A stretch of 64,000 nucleotides of DNA. It comes from Octopus sinensis. Lineage: Eukaryota. The translations under genes were made by a program, and so were the position numbers. Each line of letters begins with the position of its first letter. Position 1 is the stretch's first letter. Below, in pieces: positions 54,405 through 64,000 of the stretch. The stretch covers positions 23,560,001 through 23,624,000 of the forward strand of contig NC_042997.1 of the NCBI RefSeq assembly GCF_006345805.1. The letters are read 5' to 3'. Under the pieces are notes generated by a model. It was not told the origin of the DNA and ran no database searches. It saw only the letters and a program-made list of their open reading frames with translations.

Positions 54405-54882
54405 GTCTGTCAATTAGGGTGTTTTTGAGTTCTTGTAGTCTAAAGTTCCTGGTATTTTGTTCTGACACTATTGTGCATATCCTTTTTGCAAGGTTGAAAG
54501 GGATGGTTGTTTTAGTGTCTCTTGGATGGCATGAATCAAAAAGTAGGTATTGTTTGGCATCTGTGGCTTTGTAAAATATTTCTGTTTCTATTGTTAGGTT
54601 AATTTTCTTAATCAGTATATCTAAGAATGGAAGCTCCTTTTGGTTGTACTCCATTGTGAACTGTATATTTGGGTTGATGCTGTTCAATAGGTTATTGAAT
54701 TTTAGGAGTTTATCTGTGTTTTCATTCCAGAGTATAAAACAGTTGTCCAGGAATCTTTTCCAAGTCTCTTTTATGTATTGAGAAAGGGGGTTTCCAAAGG
54801 TCGATAAAGATTCCTGGTATATAACTATTTCCAGGTAGCCCATTGTTAGGTTCGCAATGACTGGTGCTGCCCTTGTACCCAT
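54405..54882 (-). mobile_element. Penelope-like element reverse transcriptase fragment (degenerate)
   Basis: MGT..AP..ANL.M, WKRFLDNCF (YxDD-like motif with D to N), ELPFLDILI, YK.T...YL.F.SCHP and IPFNLAKRI. Confidence 0.85.
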
Positions 54883-55276
54883 ATATATATATAAGAAATT
54901 AAAAAAGGAAAATACACACTCTTTACATAGTTTTAATATAATTTTTAATATATCGACTGGTTTCGCTATTCATGATATTATGTTTTACTTATTTGAATAT
55001 GTATTTCTTCTTAAGAAGAAATTTTGTCCATGTTGTGTGTGATGATATTCACGAGTGAATGGCTGCACAAGTAGATAAATGAGGGGAGGTAATTGGTTAT
55101 CAATATTATTGTTATTGTTCTGGGTAAGGGAGATAACTGTTCAGCTTTCGGTAATGGGAGGGGAATATATATATATATGTACAGACAAAAGCAAGTTTTG
55201 AAAACCTTGTTTAGTGAGGGGATTTATGTACAGTGATGTAATTGTGAATTGAAATATGTAAAACGATAAAAGTTGG

Positions 55277-55630
55277 TTATGCGTGCATATTAAGACATGT
55301 TCTGTATTTTTCAATGAAAAAAGTTTCTTTATTTAAACGTTCTTGTGGAGAAATTGTGTCTTTGCACTGGTAGAAGGTGAAGACTATGAAATTTGGTTTG
55401 ATGTTATCCGCACATTTTTCTATTTGTTCACTGAGAGGAATTTGCCTGAATTGTGGGAAACGGATTTGCTCTTTATGTAGAGTGGTTCGCTTTCTCAAGG
55501 TCATACTTGTTTGTCCAATAAAGTTGTGCCTGCAACCCGAGCAGGTTATTACATAAATTAGGTTCTCAGAGGAACAAGTGAAACTAGTTTTAATTGTGAA
55601 CCTCTGTCCTTGTTTGAAAAGGAAATCCAA
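55277..55630 (-). mobile_element. Penelope-like (Neptune-type) GIY-YIG endonuclease fragment
   Basis: FTCSSENLIYVITCSGC...FIGQT...LRKR...H and ERLNKETFFI. Confidence 0.85.
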
Positions 55631-56872
55631 GCCTTCAAGTAGGCTTGGATTTCATTTTCAAAAAGGATGGATTGACCAGGGCTGGCAAATAGGAAGCTGT
55701 ACCAGGCTCAAGTCTGATTTGACATATTTTCTATGGCTGGATGTCCTTCTTAATGCCAACCACTCTGAGAGTGTAATAGGTGCTTTTACATGTCACCAGC
55801 ATGGGTCCCAGTTGCATGACACTAGTATCTGCCATGACTACAATTTCACTTGGCTTGATGGGTATTCTACTCAAGCACAGCATAATACCAAAGATCTCAG
55901 TCATTTGTCATTGCTTCTGTGAGGCCCAACACTCAAAAGATGCTTTTCACATGCCACTGGCATCAGCCATCTTGTCTCCATGAAGCCTAATGCTCGAAAG
56001 GTACTTGTTACATGTCACCAGCATGGGTGCCAGTTATATGACATCAGCATTGGCCACGGCTACAATTGCACTTGTGGCTACTCACTTCCTCACACTGCTG
56101 CCTCATTGCTTGCTGGAGTTGTTATGGCAACAAGGGTGGGCCCCCTATCTATGCTAACTGTTTTGTTGGTTACATCAAGGTTCAAATCTTTGCCCAATGC
56201 ATTATATAATACAATTAAGAAAAAGTCATTTCATGAGATTTTGCCTAAATTGAAAAATTCAGTCATCATGTGTACAAACAAACCACAACCAATTTGAAGG
56301 GAAAAAATGGTTGTCATTAGAATGTATTACACATCCACTAAATAGGTGCAGGTATGGCTGTCTGCTAAGAAGTTTACTTCCCAACCATTTGGTGCAGGCT
56401 AACCAAAGCCTTGTGAGTGGATTTCGTAGACAGAAACTGAAAGAAGCCCTTCATCTGTGTGCGTGTGTGTGTGTATGTGTGTGTGTGTATGTGTGTGTGT
56501 GTGTGTGTGTATGTGTGTGTGCACCGTGCACGTCTGGTTGCGTTTGTCCCTCCACTTCCTGCACCACATGACAATGGATGTAAAAAGAATCGCATTTCAT
56601 TTCTCTTATATACTATAGTTCTGCACTTTGTTTCCATGTCTGAGCATCCTGTAGCATCATATTTTTCATACATGTTTCATTCATATAGTCTGTCTTTTGC
56701 CCAGTTTGGTAAAGTCCTTTCTTTGCATCCAACAAAAATAATAGCTTCTTGAACTCCTGTTCTTTATAATACTTGAGCTTCTCTATTCAAAGACAACCAC
56801 CTTTACCGAAGATGAATGTAATTCAGATAAGATTATAATCTTTTGGACAATTAACCTCACATTTAATAGCTA

Positions 56873-57170
56873 ATAGTTCTTGCTTACTTTTGTATTAAAA
56901 TATTCAGATATATACATAAAATCATGAGATACAGTCTTGTATGGACTTAAATAAAACTGTTTAGAGTATGTTGCTTTTTTGGGGAATTTTTCAGCCCATA
57001 TTCCTTTAAAGTACACAGCATTAATAAGAAGTAGTACCGTATGATTTGTCAAACTTCCACTAGGTAACAAATCAGTAATTTTATCATTTGTTTTATTCTC
57101 AACCCAATCATTAATAATAATTCTTGTTTTTTCTGCATTTTTTATAAAATCTATATTTTCAATATTTGAA
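56873..57170 (-). pseudogene. Serpin gene fragment (~99 codons, copy of 50093-50390)
   Basis: Near-identical to the mid-CDS of the serpin (DFIKNAEK...SKNY); truncated at both ends. Confidence 0.92.
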
Positions 57171-57171
57171 A

Positions 57172-59345
57172 TATAAGATGATATTACCTTGTCAAAGATT
57201 TTCCTCTTATGAAATATTACATTGCATTATGTATATAATGTAAGTGAGCAAATTTATTTAGAATATTTTTTAGTAGAGTAACTTAAGTCATTATAGTTGT
57301 TGTAATTGTGCAGGATTATGGTCATATCTATTCAATTAAAGATTATAAACCAGCATTAATCTAAATCAATATTATCAACTTGTATTTGTCATACATTTAC
57401 AAAAAAAAAAAATATTACACCCTTTCAAATATCTTTTCTTAGCAATTTTATTTTAATAATATATTGTTGCCTGTAAACATTTACTGGTTCAATAAAGTGA
57501 AATCAATGCTTGCTTGTATGTTTCATTACAGTTTATATTAATAAAGTATTTCAGTAAATATTTAACCATTATGTGTGTTAATTACATCTGTCTTTTATCA
57601 GCTTTGCTTTAAATGTAGACATTGAAAGTTCTTGAGCCCTGTTGTTAACCTCTGGTAACTTAATCTTGGATTTTGATTAAAGAATTACATTGATTTAGTA
57701 ACTGTGGTATTACAAGTCTTTTGAAAAGTTAACAAGCACTATACCTTCTACATTTACATAAATACATACAACATGTGCATGTGTGTAGTTATGCTACTAA
57801 ATGTCTAAGTAATAATCTAATAAAATTGGCATTCTCAAGGAGTAAAGAGTTATCTAATGTGTACTCTGAAAGTTCTGCCTATAAGGAGAACAAGAATCGA
57901 TGAAGAAATCTTTATATACCTTGAAATTTTTGTTGTCTTACTGAAATTCTAGTGATGGGGCTTTATTTAATATTTACAAACTAACATTTCCATATAAAAA
58001 AAAAAATTGCAAAAATTAAGCAAGATATAAACAAACATATATATATATATCAATCTATGTATTATATGTAATATAAATACATTGCAAAAGGCAAATTTCC
58101 TGCAGTGTTCATCCAGAGATAATACCTCATCTGGATATGCTGTGTTTCAATATGCAATATTTATCAGAGGCAGAAAAAAAATCATCCTAACAGTGGTTGA
58201 TGAGAATGCTAGATGCATTCATGTCTTGTTGGATACTATCAATAACATGTAATCAGAGCCAACCTTATGAAATTTGTGGCTTTGAGTAGGTGCCATTGAC
58301 AATGCTCAACAAGAGAGAAATGCATCTAGCATACTCACCAGCTGCTGCTAGAACAATTTTCATCTGTCTTTAATATATATTGTATTTTTAAATGCAGCTT
58401 GTCCATATGAAATATTATCTTTAGATAAATACTGCAGTAAATTTACTTTTTTTTATGTATTTACATTAAATATGATACACACAGGTTCAACAATATCTTT
58501 CACCTTTACAAAGTCTATGAAACAGATTAGCAGTTAAGTACTGGTCTCATTATTGGAATATTCATTCTTAGTGTCTGGTCATCTCAAAAAGATCAGGTTT
58601 CAGCTGAACAGGATCTCTTTAATTGTATGAGACAGCTACTCACTCAAAAATTCTTTCACCAATTGAAATGACATTTGATAAAGTGTGTGGCTACATAATG
58701 GCACTATTTCCAAAGAAATTAAATACCAAATTGATATGTGTTATAGTTTTCTTTTTATAGCACCAGTCCTGATGTTTTTTATTGGACCTTGTAGATACAG
58801 TAACATAACATACATCTTAAGAACTAAAATGAATTTATAGAAAATATGATTTGAGAATATGTTTTCAACTTTACTCAAAAATGCTTTGTGTTGACAGGAA
58901 AGATTAAATGGCACAAATATTATTGTAGGGAAAAAAGAAAGGCTTTTGTTTCTACATCAAGTAATGTGGAAATAGTTAATGGATGCCATATAAGTTAAAG
59001 CAGCCATAAATTACTGGTAGAAGTTGATCTAAGGAAAATTACGGCAAAATGGAATGGAATGCTTTAGAGAGGAGAAGAGCAAATAAAAGATGTAAGCCGA
59101 GAGTCTGCGAAAGGAAATATGTATGTGTATGCATGATATATATACACACACATACATGTGTGTGTGTAGATATCTGGAAATGGGTGAACAAACATAAGAA
59201 GGTATCACCCAATATATTCAGTTCGAGTTATATTTCTTTAACAGAACTCTTATTGTTGTCACAAAAGGCACACCCTGTTAATGATTTTCAAACCATTGGC
59301 TACTGATATGCAACCCTAGGCAAATTCATGTGTAACCTGACACCT
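57172..59345 (+). repeat. Inverted duplicate of the serpin 3' flank (about 49602 to 46498)
   Basis: Long colinear reverse-complement match, e.g. 57172 tataagatgata vs 49591-49602, and 59049-59345 vs 46498-46790. It lacks two segments present in the parent copy. Confidence 0.9.
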
Positions 59346-59769
59346 TCTGGTCCCTAGTTTCTTCCCACTCCTTGCACCCAACCTGGCTCCTTCCCTTGCT
59401 TTCGCCACACCACTACGTACACCTGACCTTACCTCTCCAACACCACTATCTTCATTGGTACCCACCACTACCCCTACACCATCCCCGATTCATTCACCTT
59501 TTGATTCCTTCTTCTCTTCCATACAGTCCTTTCATTATGCCTTCAAATTCTCCTGTTTGGTCTCTAATACCTCTATCAACTTCCGTCCTCACAATTTCAC
59601 TAACTTTCATGTAAAGGAAGATTATGCAACTATCTAAAACTATCCTTATTCCAGTGGCTTTAATAATCATATGGTTAATACTATTATTAGTCATAGTGCA
59701 TCATATGAAACAATAAATAGTTTAAATAACTCTGCTAATTCTACATATAATCAGCACTCTCTACTGTAC

Positions 59770-60123
59770 TTAAGTAGTGAGGAGAAGGAGACCCCCTTCG
59801 GTCATGAATGACCATGGGATTGCACCTAGAAAGTTACCCTCTGAGCCACAAGTTCAGACAAGGTTGTTTGTGGAAGGCTAGCAGTTGCCCATGCATACCA
59901 GCCTCCCCTCTCCACACTATTGATATTATCCAAGGGAATGGCAAAGGCCAATACAGCTTGGCACCAGTGATGTCTCAACTCATTTCTATAGCTGAGTCAA
60001 CTGGAGCAACGCAAAATAAAGTATCTGGCTCAAGAACACAACACGCAGCCTGGTCCAGGAATCAAACCCACAACCTCGCGATTGTAAGCTCCATGCTCTA
60101 ACCACTGAGCCATGCGCCTTCAC
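59770..60123 (-). mobile_element. tRNA-derived SINE with CORE-like segment
   Basis: Head ggcgcatggctcagtggttagagc..., body ttgctccagttgactcagct; a partial relative lies at ~8870-9140. Confidence 0.65.
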
Positions 60124-60574
60124 AGTAGTAATAACAATACTAATAGCATGTTGACCACAAAATTATGTAACTTAACTTCAGAAATAAATCTCTTTGTCTT
60201 CTCAGCAGCCTGCACATTATATAACTCTATGGTGTATAAGTTATGCATATATGATTTATAATGTATGCATATATTTGGAAACTATAAATATATGAGGATG
60301 TGTAAGTACATGCATGAGCATATATTTGTGTATGACTATGCATATGTCTTGCTTCACTATGTAGCTTGGTGAGCTGGTCAACTTAACTTTTCTAACATAC
60401 TTGTTTGTTGGTCTAAAATCACCTGAAGATTTCCAAGAGCAAATCAATAAGCAATTCAAATAATGTCACTTTCTTTGATGTTGTGTAAAGTTCATGAGCT
60501 AATTACTGAATTGTTAGAAAGATACAATCTCTTTTTCTAAATAAAATGAAATGTTTCTAAAATTTTCATTACCA

Positions 60575-60800
60575 TCTATACATATAAAATTCACTGTATG
60601 TGTGTGTGTCCTCTATGCATGGCCAAACTGCTGGATCAATCTATACTAAATTCGGCATGAAGGTTTTTCATTACTTGAGGAATGTTCTTGGGGACCAAAT
60701 TATGGCCTTTGGCCATATAGGGGGCTGTAGCTCCCCCCACCCTATACGACCCTTTTGATTTTTTTCAGCGGATTTCTATGCTTTCAATGACTGAGATTCT
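60575..60800 (+). mobile_element. Probable Helitron 5' end
   Basis: a|TCTATACATATAAAA..(GT)n start resembling the other Helitrons; no 3' CTAG end found. Confidence 0.4.
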
Positions 60801-62305
60801 GAATATGCAAAATAAACATGTTTACAAAATTTGAAATTCCCCCCTCCCCCCAAATTTTTAATTTTTCACTTGAAAAAAAAAATTTTCAATCTATGTGGGA
60901 GAATACGGAGATTAAGGATATGGAAAAAAAATTTTAATTTCAAGTTTTCTATGAAGAACTCTAAAATTGATCCATACACCCCTCGCCACCCCATCCTGTT
61001 GTTTACAACTGAAAATGAACTGCTAAAAATAACAGCTAAATGTCTGGGAAATTTCTGTTTGAGTGTGTGTGTGTGTGCAAAAATTTTTACTGCTTATTTT
61101 TTTTTTTACGTGTTTCAGTCATTTTAACTGCGGCCATGCTGGAGCACCGCCTTTAATTGAGCAACTCGACCCCGGGACTTATTCTTTGTAAGCCCAGTAC
61201 TTATTCTATCGGTCTTTTTTGCTGAACTGCTAAGTGACGGGGACATAAACACACTAGCATCGGTTGTCAAGCAATGCTAGGGGGACAAACACAGACACAC
61301 AAACATACATGCACATACATATATATACATATATATGACAGGCTTCTTTCAGTTTCCGTCAACCAAATCCACTCACAAGGCTTTGGTCGGCCTGAGGCTC
61401 TAGTAGAAAACACTTGCCCAAGGTGCCGCGCAGTGGGACTGAACCCGGAACCATGTGGTTGGTAAACAAGCTACTTACCACACAGCCACTCCTGCGCCTT
61501 ATGCGAATGAACAGAGAAAATAAACAGAAATATGTTTTATATACCTGTCGTATGCACCAGTTTTGTTTCGTCGGTTTAAGGTTAATGATTCTGGTAGAAG
61601 CAAACACAATATTGAATAATTCTCCGTCATACGTATACGACCCCACCTTTTTTTTTTAAAGTAAAGATAAACGCTTTTTAATTGTGGTAATGAAACAAGG
61701 GGTTTAGTCCTTACCGCCAAAATTAATTTCTCTTGCAAAACAGTGGGTGGCATTTCCTTTCTTTTTCAATATTTAACTAGAAGAGAGAATATGTTGTTAC
61801 CAAAAACGTTAAAACTTTACTAACCTGATCAATCTGTTATTGAACCAGAATTTTAATTTCATTTTATACACACTTTGCTATCATTTATATGAAGAATTGC
61901 AAACATGGCATATAAAGATAACTTATTTTAATAGAATTTTTATCAGTACATTTCCATAAATGCTTTTCTTGCGCACTAAACCGACCCCCAACCACAACCA
62001 ACACAGACACAGGCACATATACGCATGTGGATACACATGGACAAAGTTCCATTTTGGAAGTTTTTATTATTTTGGAATCAAGAACACAAACACAGGTGCT
62101 GAGCCAGTGATTAAACTTGTAGTATTTTGTTGGGATTAATCCAATGAACTGACAGCAAGGTATGTAAGATGTACTTTTCTGAAACAAAATTTCTGTGTAC
62201 GGTCCTGTCGCATGCGTATTCACACCAACATTTTCATAGAAAGATTAGTTGTTGATAAACATAATTGTGACTGGATAAAAATTTGGTAAATATTTATAAT
62301 AACAC

Positions 62306-62723
62306 TGTAGTGATGCTACTGTGTAAGGTTCAGCGCGCATGCGCAGAATGGGACTACTTCCGGGTGGTCACCGGAAGTCTTCCCCATGCGCATGTGCGGG
62401 AAACTGACCCCCTAAGGCACACTCACTCATTCATCCTCTCTGGCCGTTTCAGCCATCGTTTACAGACGTGCATTTTGGTAGTCTCTGATAACTACACCGA
62501 CTTAGCCGCGGACGACATCGAACCACTTCAACCAACGAACAAGAAGCTGTACAACAGATTCGGCTGTCGTTTTCCCTTCAGAGATACGTACACCATCATG
62601 ATTAATAAACAAACTGCTGTCTTTCACTGATAATCTGACTTCGTCTGTTATATCTAACTAAATTGTATGTGACGGGATCGGATCGACACCCCTTCAATGA
62701 TACCGATTCCAGATCCTGTTACA
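62306..62723 (+). mobile_element. 5' LTR of a Ty3/Gypsy retrotransposon
   Basis: TGT...ACA termini, AATAAA inside, immediately followed by a PBS. Confidence 0.85.
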
Positions 62724-62725
62724 AT

Positions 62726-62737
62726 TGGTGACCCCGA
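62726..62737 (+). promoter_or_regulatory. Primer-binding site TGGTGACCCCGA (complementary to the tRNA-Trp 3' end)
   Basis: Lies 2 nt after the LTR end; matches the metazoan tRNA-Trp terminus UCGGGGUCACCA (from memory). Confidence 0.75.
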
Positions 62738-63109
62738 AAAAAAAAAAAAAAGAACAGAGGACGCAGCAAACAGGTTTTGCCAGATAGAGCACTGAACACT
62801 CAGTTTTCATTTTTCATTTTTCTTTTCCTTTCAGGACGGCGAGGTGGGTACAAACAAAAGCTTTATTCATCGCACTCAGTACACTGAAAAAAAAAAAGAA
62901 AAAAAACACGCACACATTATTTTTTTTCTTTTCTGTACCTTTGTTTTCCTTTGTGCACACACACACTTATTTTTTACTACCCACGAGGTGCACTCACACT
63001 CACACCAGTACACAAAAAACGATTTTGATTTGCTTTGTCGGTTCCACGTGTTCTCCATTTCTCGTTCATACCTTCTGCCCCTTTCTGACAGACGATTCTT
63101 CGGACAAAC

Positions 63110-63643
63110 ATGGCTGCATCAGGTTTGCCTTCATTCACAGGGGATGCGGGTCTGTGGCTTGCCCAGGTGGAGTCCCATTTTGCCGCACATGCCGTTCCTC
63201 CACAGCAGCAGTTACATCTACTATACTCGAGTTTGCCTTGCCGACTCGCCACATCGGTCAGGGATCTCATAATGAGTCCCCACCCTGACGCCACATACGC
63301 ATCAGTAAAGGCCGAAATCCTCTGCCGCAACACGCGGTCGGAGGAGAGTCAGTTCAATGAGCTGATGGCCGACGAGCAGTTGGGGGACAGGACTCCATCC
63401 CAGTTCCTGCTCCACCTAAGGGAGCTTAGCGGCAATGCAGCGGACGCGCCACTCTTACGGAAGATATTCTTTTCCAGGCTACCTGCCCACGTGCAGACAA
63501 TATTGGCCACGGCACTGGAGTCTGTGTCTGTAGACCAGATTGCCACGATAGCCGACAAAATATTAGAGTTATCGGGAACCATCTCCATCACGGTGCCTGT
63601 ACGCATGTACAGAGCCCCCTCCGACGAACAATTCATTAGCTGA
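63110..63643 (+). CDS. gag: Gypsy (Mag-like) gag, probably truncated
   Basis: W..QVE.HF, Y..VK..IL and LGDRTPSQFL..LREL motifs downstream of the LTR/PBS; it stops before any zinc knuckle. Confidence 0.8.
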   Translation: MAASGLPSFTGDAGLWLAQVESHFAAHAVPPQQQLHLLYSSLPCRLATSVRDLIMSPHPDATYASVKAEILCRNTRSEESQFNELMADEQLGDRTPSQFLLHLRELSGNAADAPLLRKIFFSRLPAHVQTILATALESVSVDQIATIADKILELSGTISITVPVRMYRAPSDEQFIS

Positions 63644-63769
63644 GAAGATCGATTAGCTTACGCAGCGAATCGATGATCTGTGCCGTGCAATCGGGCACCG
63701 ACCTCGCAGTCGTAGTCGCAGTGGCTCTGTTTCCCGTAGTCGGAGTGACTCTGTTTCTCGTTCCGGCTG

Positions 63770-64000
63770 GGAAAAATTTGCGGTGAAAATTTTCCAAAAA
63801 TTTTCGTGCAAAATTTTCGGTGAAAATTTTCCCAAAATTTTTGGGTAAGATTTTCGGTAAAAATTTTCCAAAAATTTTTGGGAAAATTTTCAAAAAATTT
63901 TTGGGTAAAATATTCGGTGAAAATTTTGGAAAAAGTATGGAAGGCCAGTGGTGCCAAAATCACAAAGTATGGAAGGCCAGCGGTGCCAAAATCACAAGGT
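63770..64000. repeat. Degenerate gaaaatttt tandem array followed by a 32-bp duplicated unit
   Basis: Repeats of gaaaattttcc/aaaaatttttgg; aaagtatggaaggccag.ggtgccaaaatcac at 63932 and 63964. Confidence 0.85.

Noticed and set aside
54951-54980. Hammerhead-like GCGAAACCAGTC on the minus strand between the Penelope EN and RT fragments
   Set aside because: The CUGANGA core is not intact (ATCATGA) and there is no stem II; at best a decayed relic. An Infernal search would be needed.
6778-61659. Numerous 60-125-aa ORFs overlapping SINE/RTE-tail copies and microsatellites
   Set aside because: They recur wherever the repeats occur and are translations of non-coding repeat sequence.
61500-62230. Possible first exons (minus-strand donor near 61545, plus-strand donor near 62160)
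   Set aside because: Only splice-like motifs are present, with no coding support or partner exons identifiable.

Overview
AT-rich, repeat-dense animal genomic DNA. The SINE/RTE repeat content looks like an octopod cephalopod (inference, no search run). Two host genes lie on the minus strand. (1) DNA2 nuclease/helicase: I reconstructed 16 in-phase GT-AG exons from 26362 down to 826. They cover a ~700-aa low-complexity N-terminal exon plus the OB/nuclease/Fe-S region; the helicase part runs off the left edge and the first exon was not found. (2) An intronless intracellular serpin (49598-50752) whose reactive-centre loop has Asp in the same register as cowpox CrmA (FVID-G), making it a candidate caspase-inhibiting serpin. 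A rearranged partial duplicate of the serpin locus (56873-59345) preserves empty sites that polarise two later insertions in the parent copy. One is a Helitron carrying ~340 bp of DNA that is also present 2.4 kb away. The rest is transposon-derived: tRNA-type SINEs, RTE, CR1 and Penelope-like retroelements, mariner, Merlin, hAT and pogo remnants, fold-back MITEs, Helitrons, minisatellites, and a Gypsy LTR element with a tRNA-Trp PBS and gag at the right edge. All exon and repeat coordinates were read by eye; repeat boundaries are approximate.
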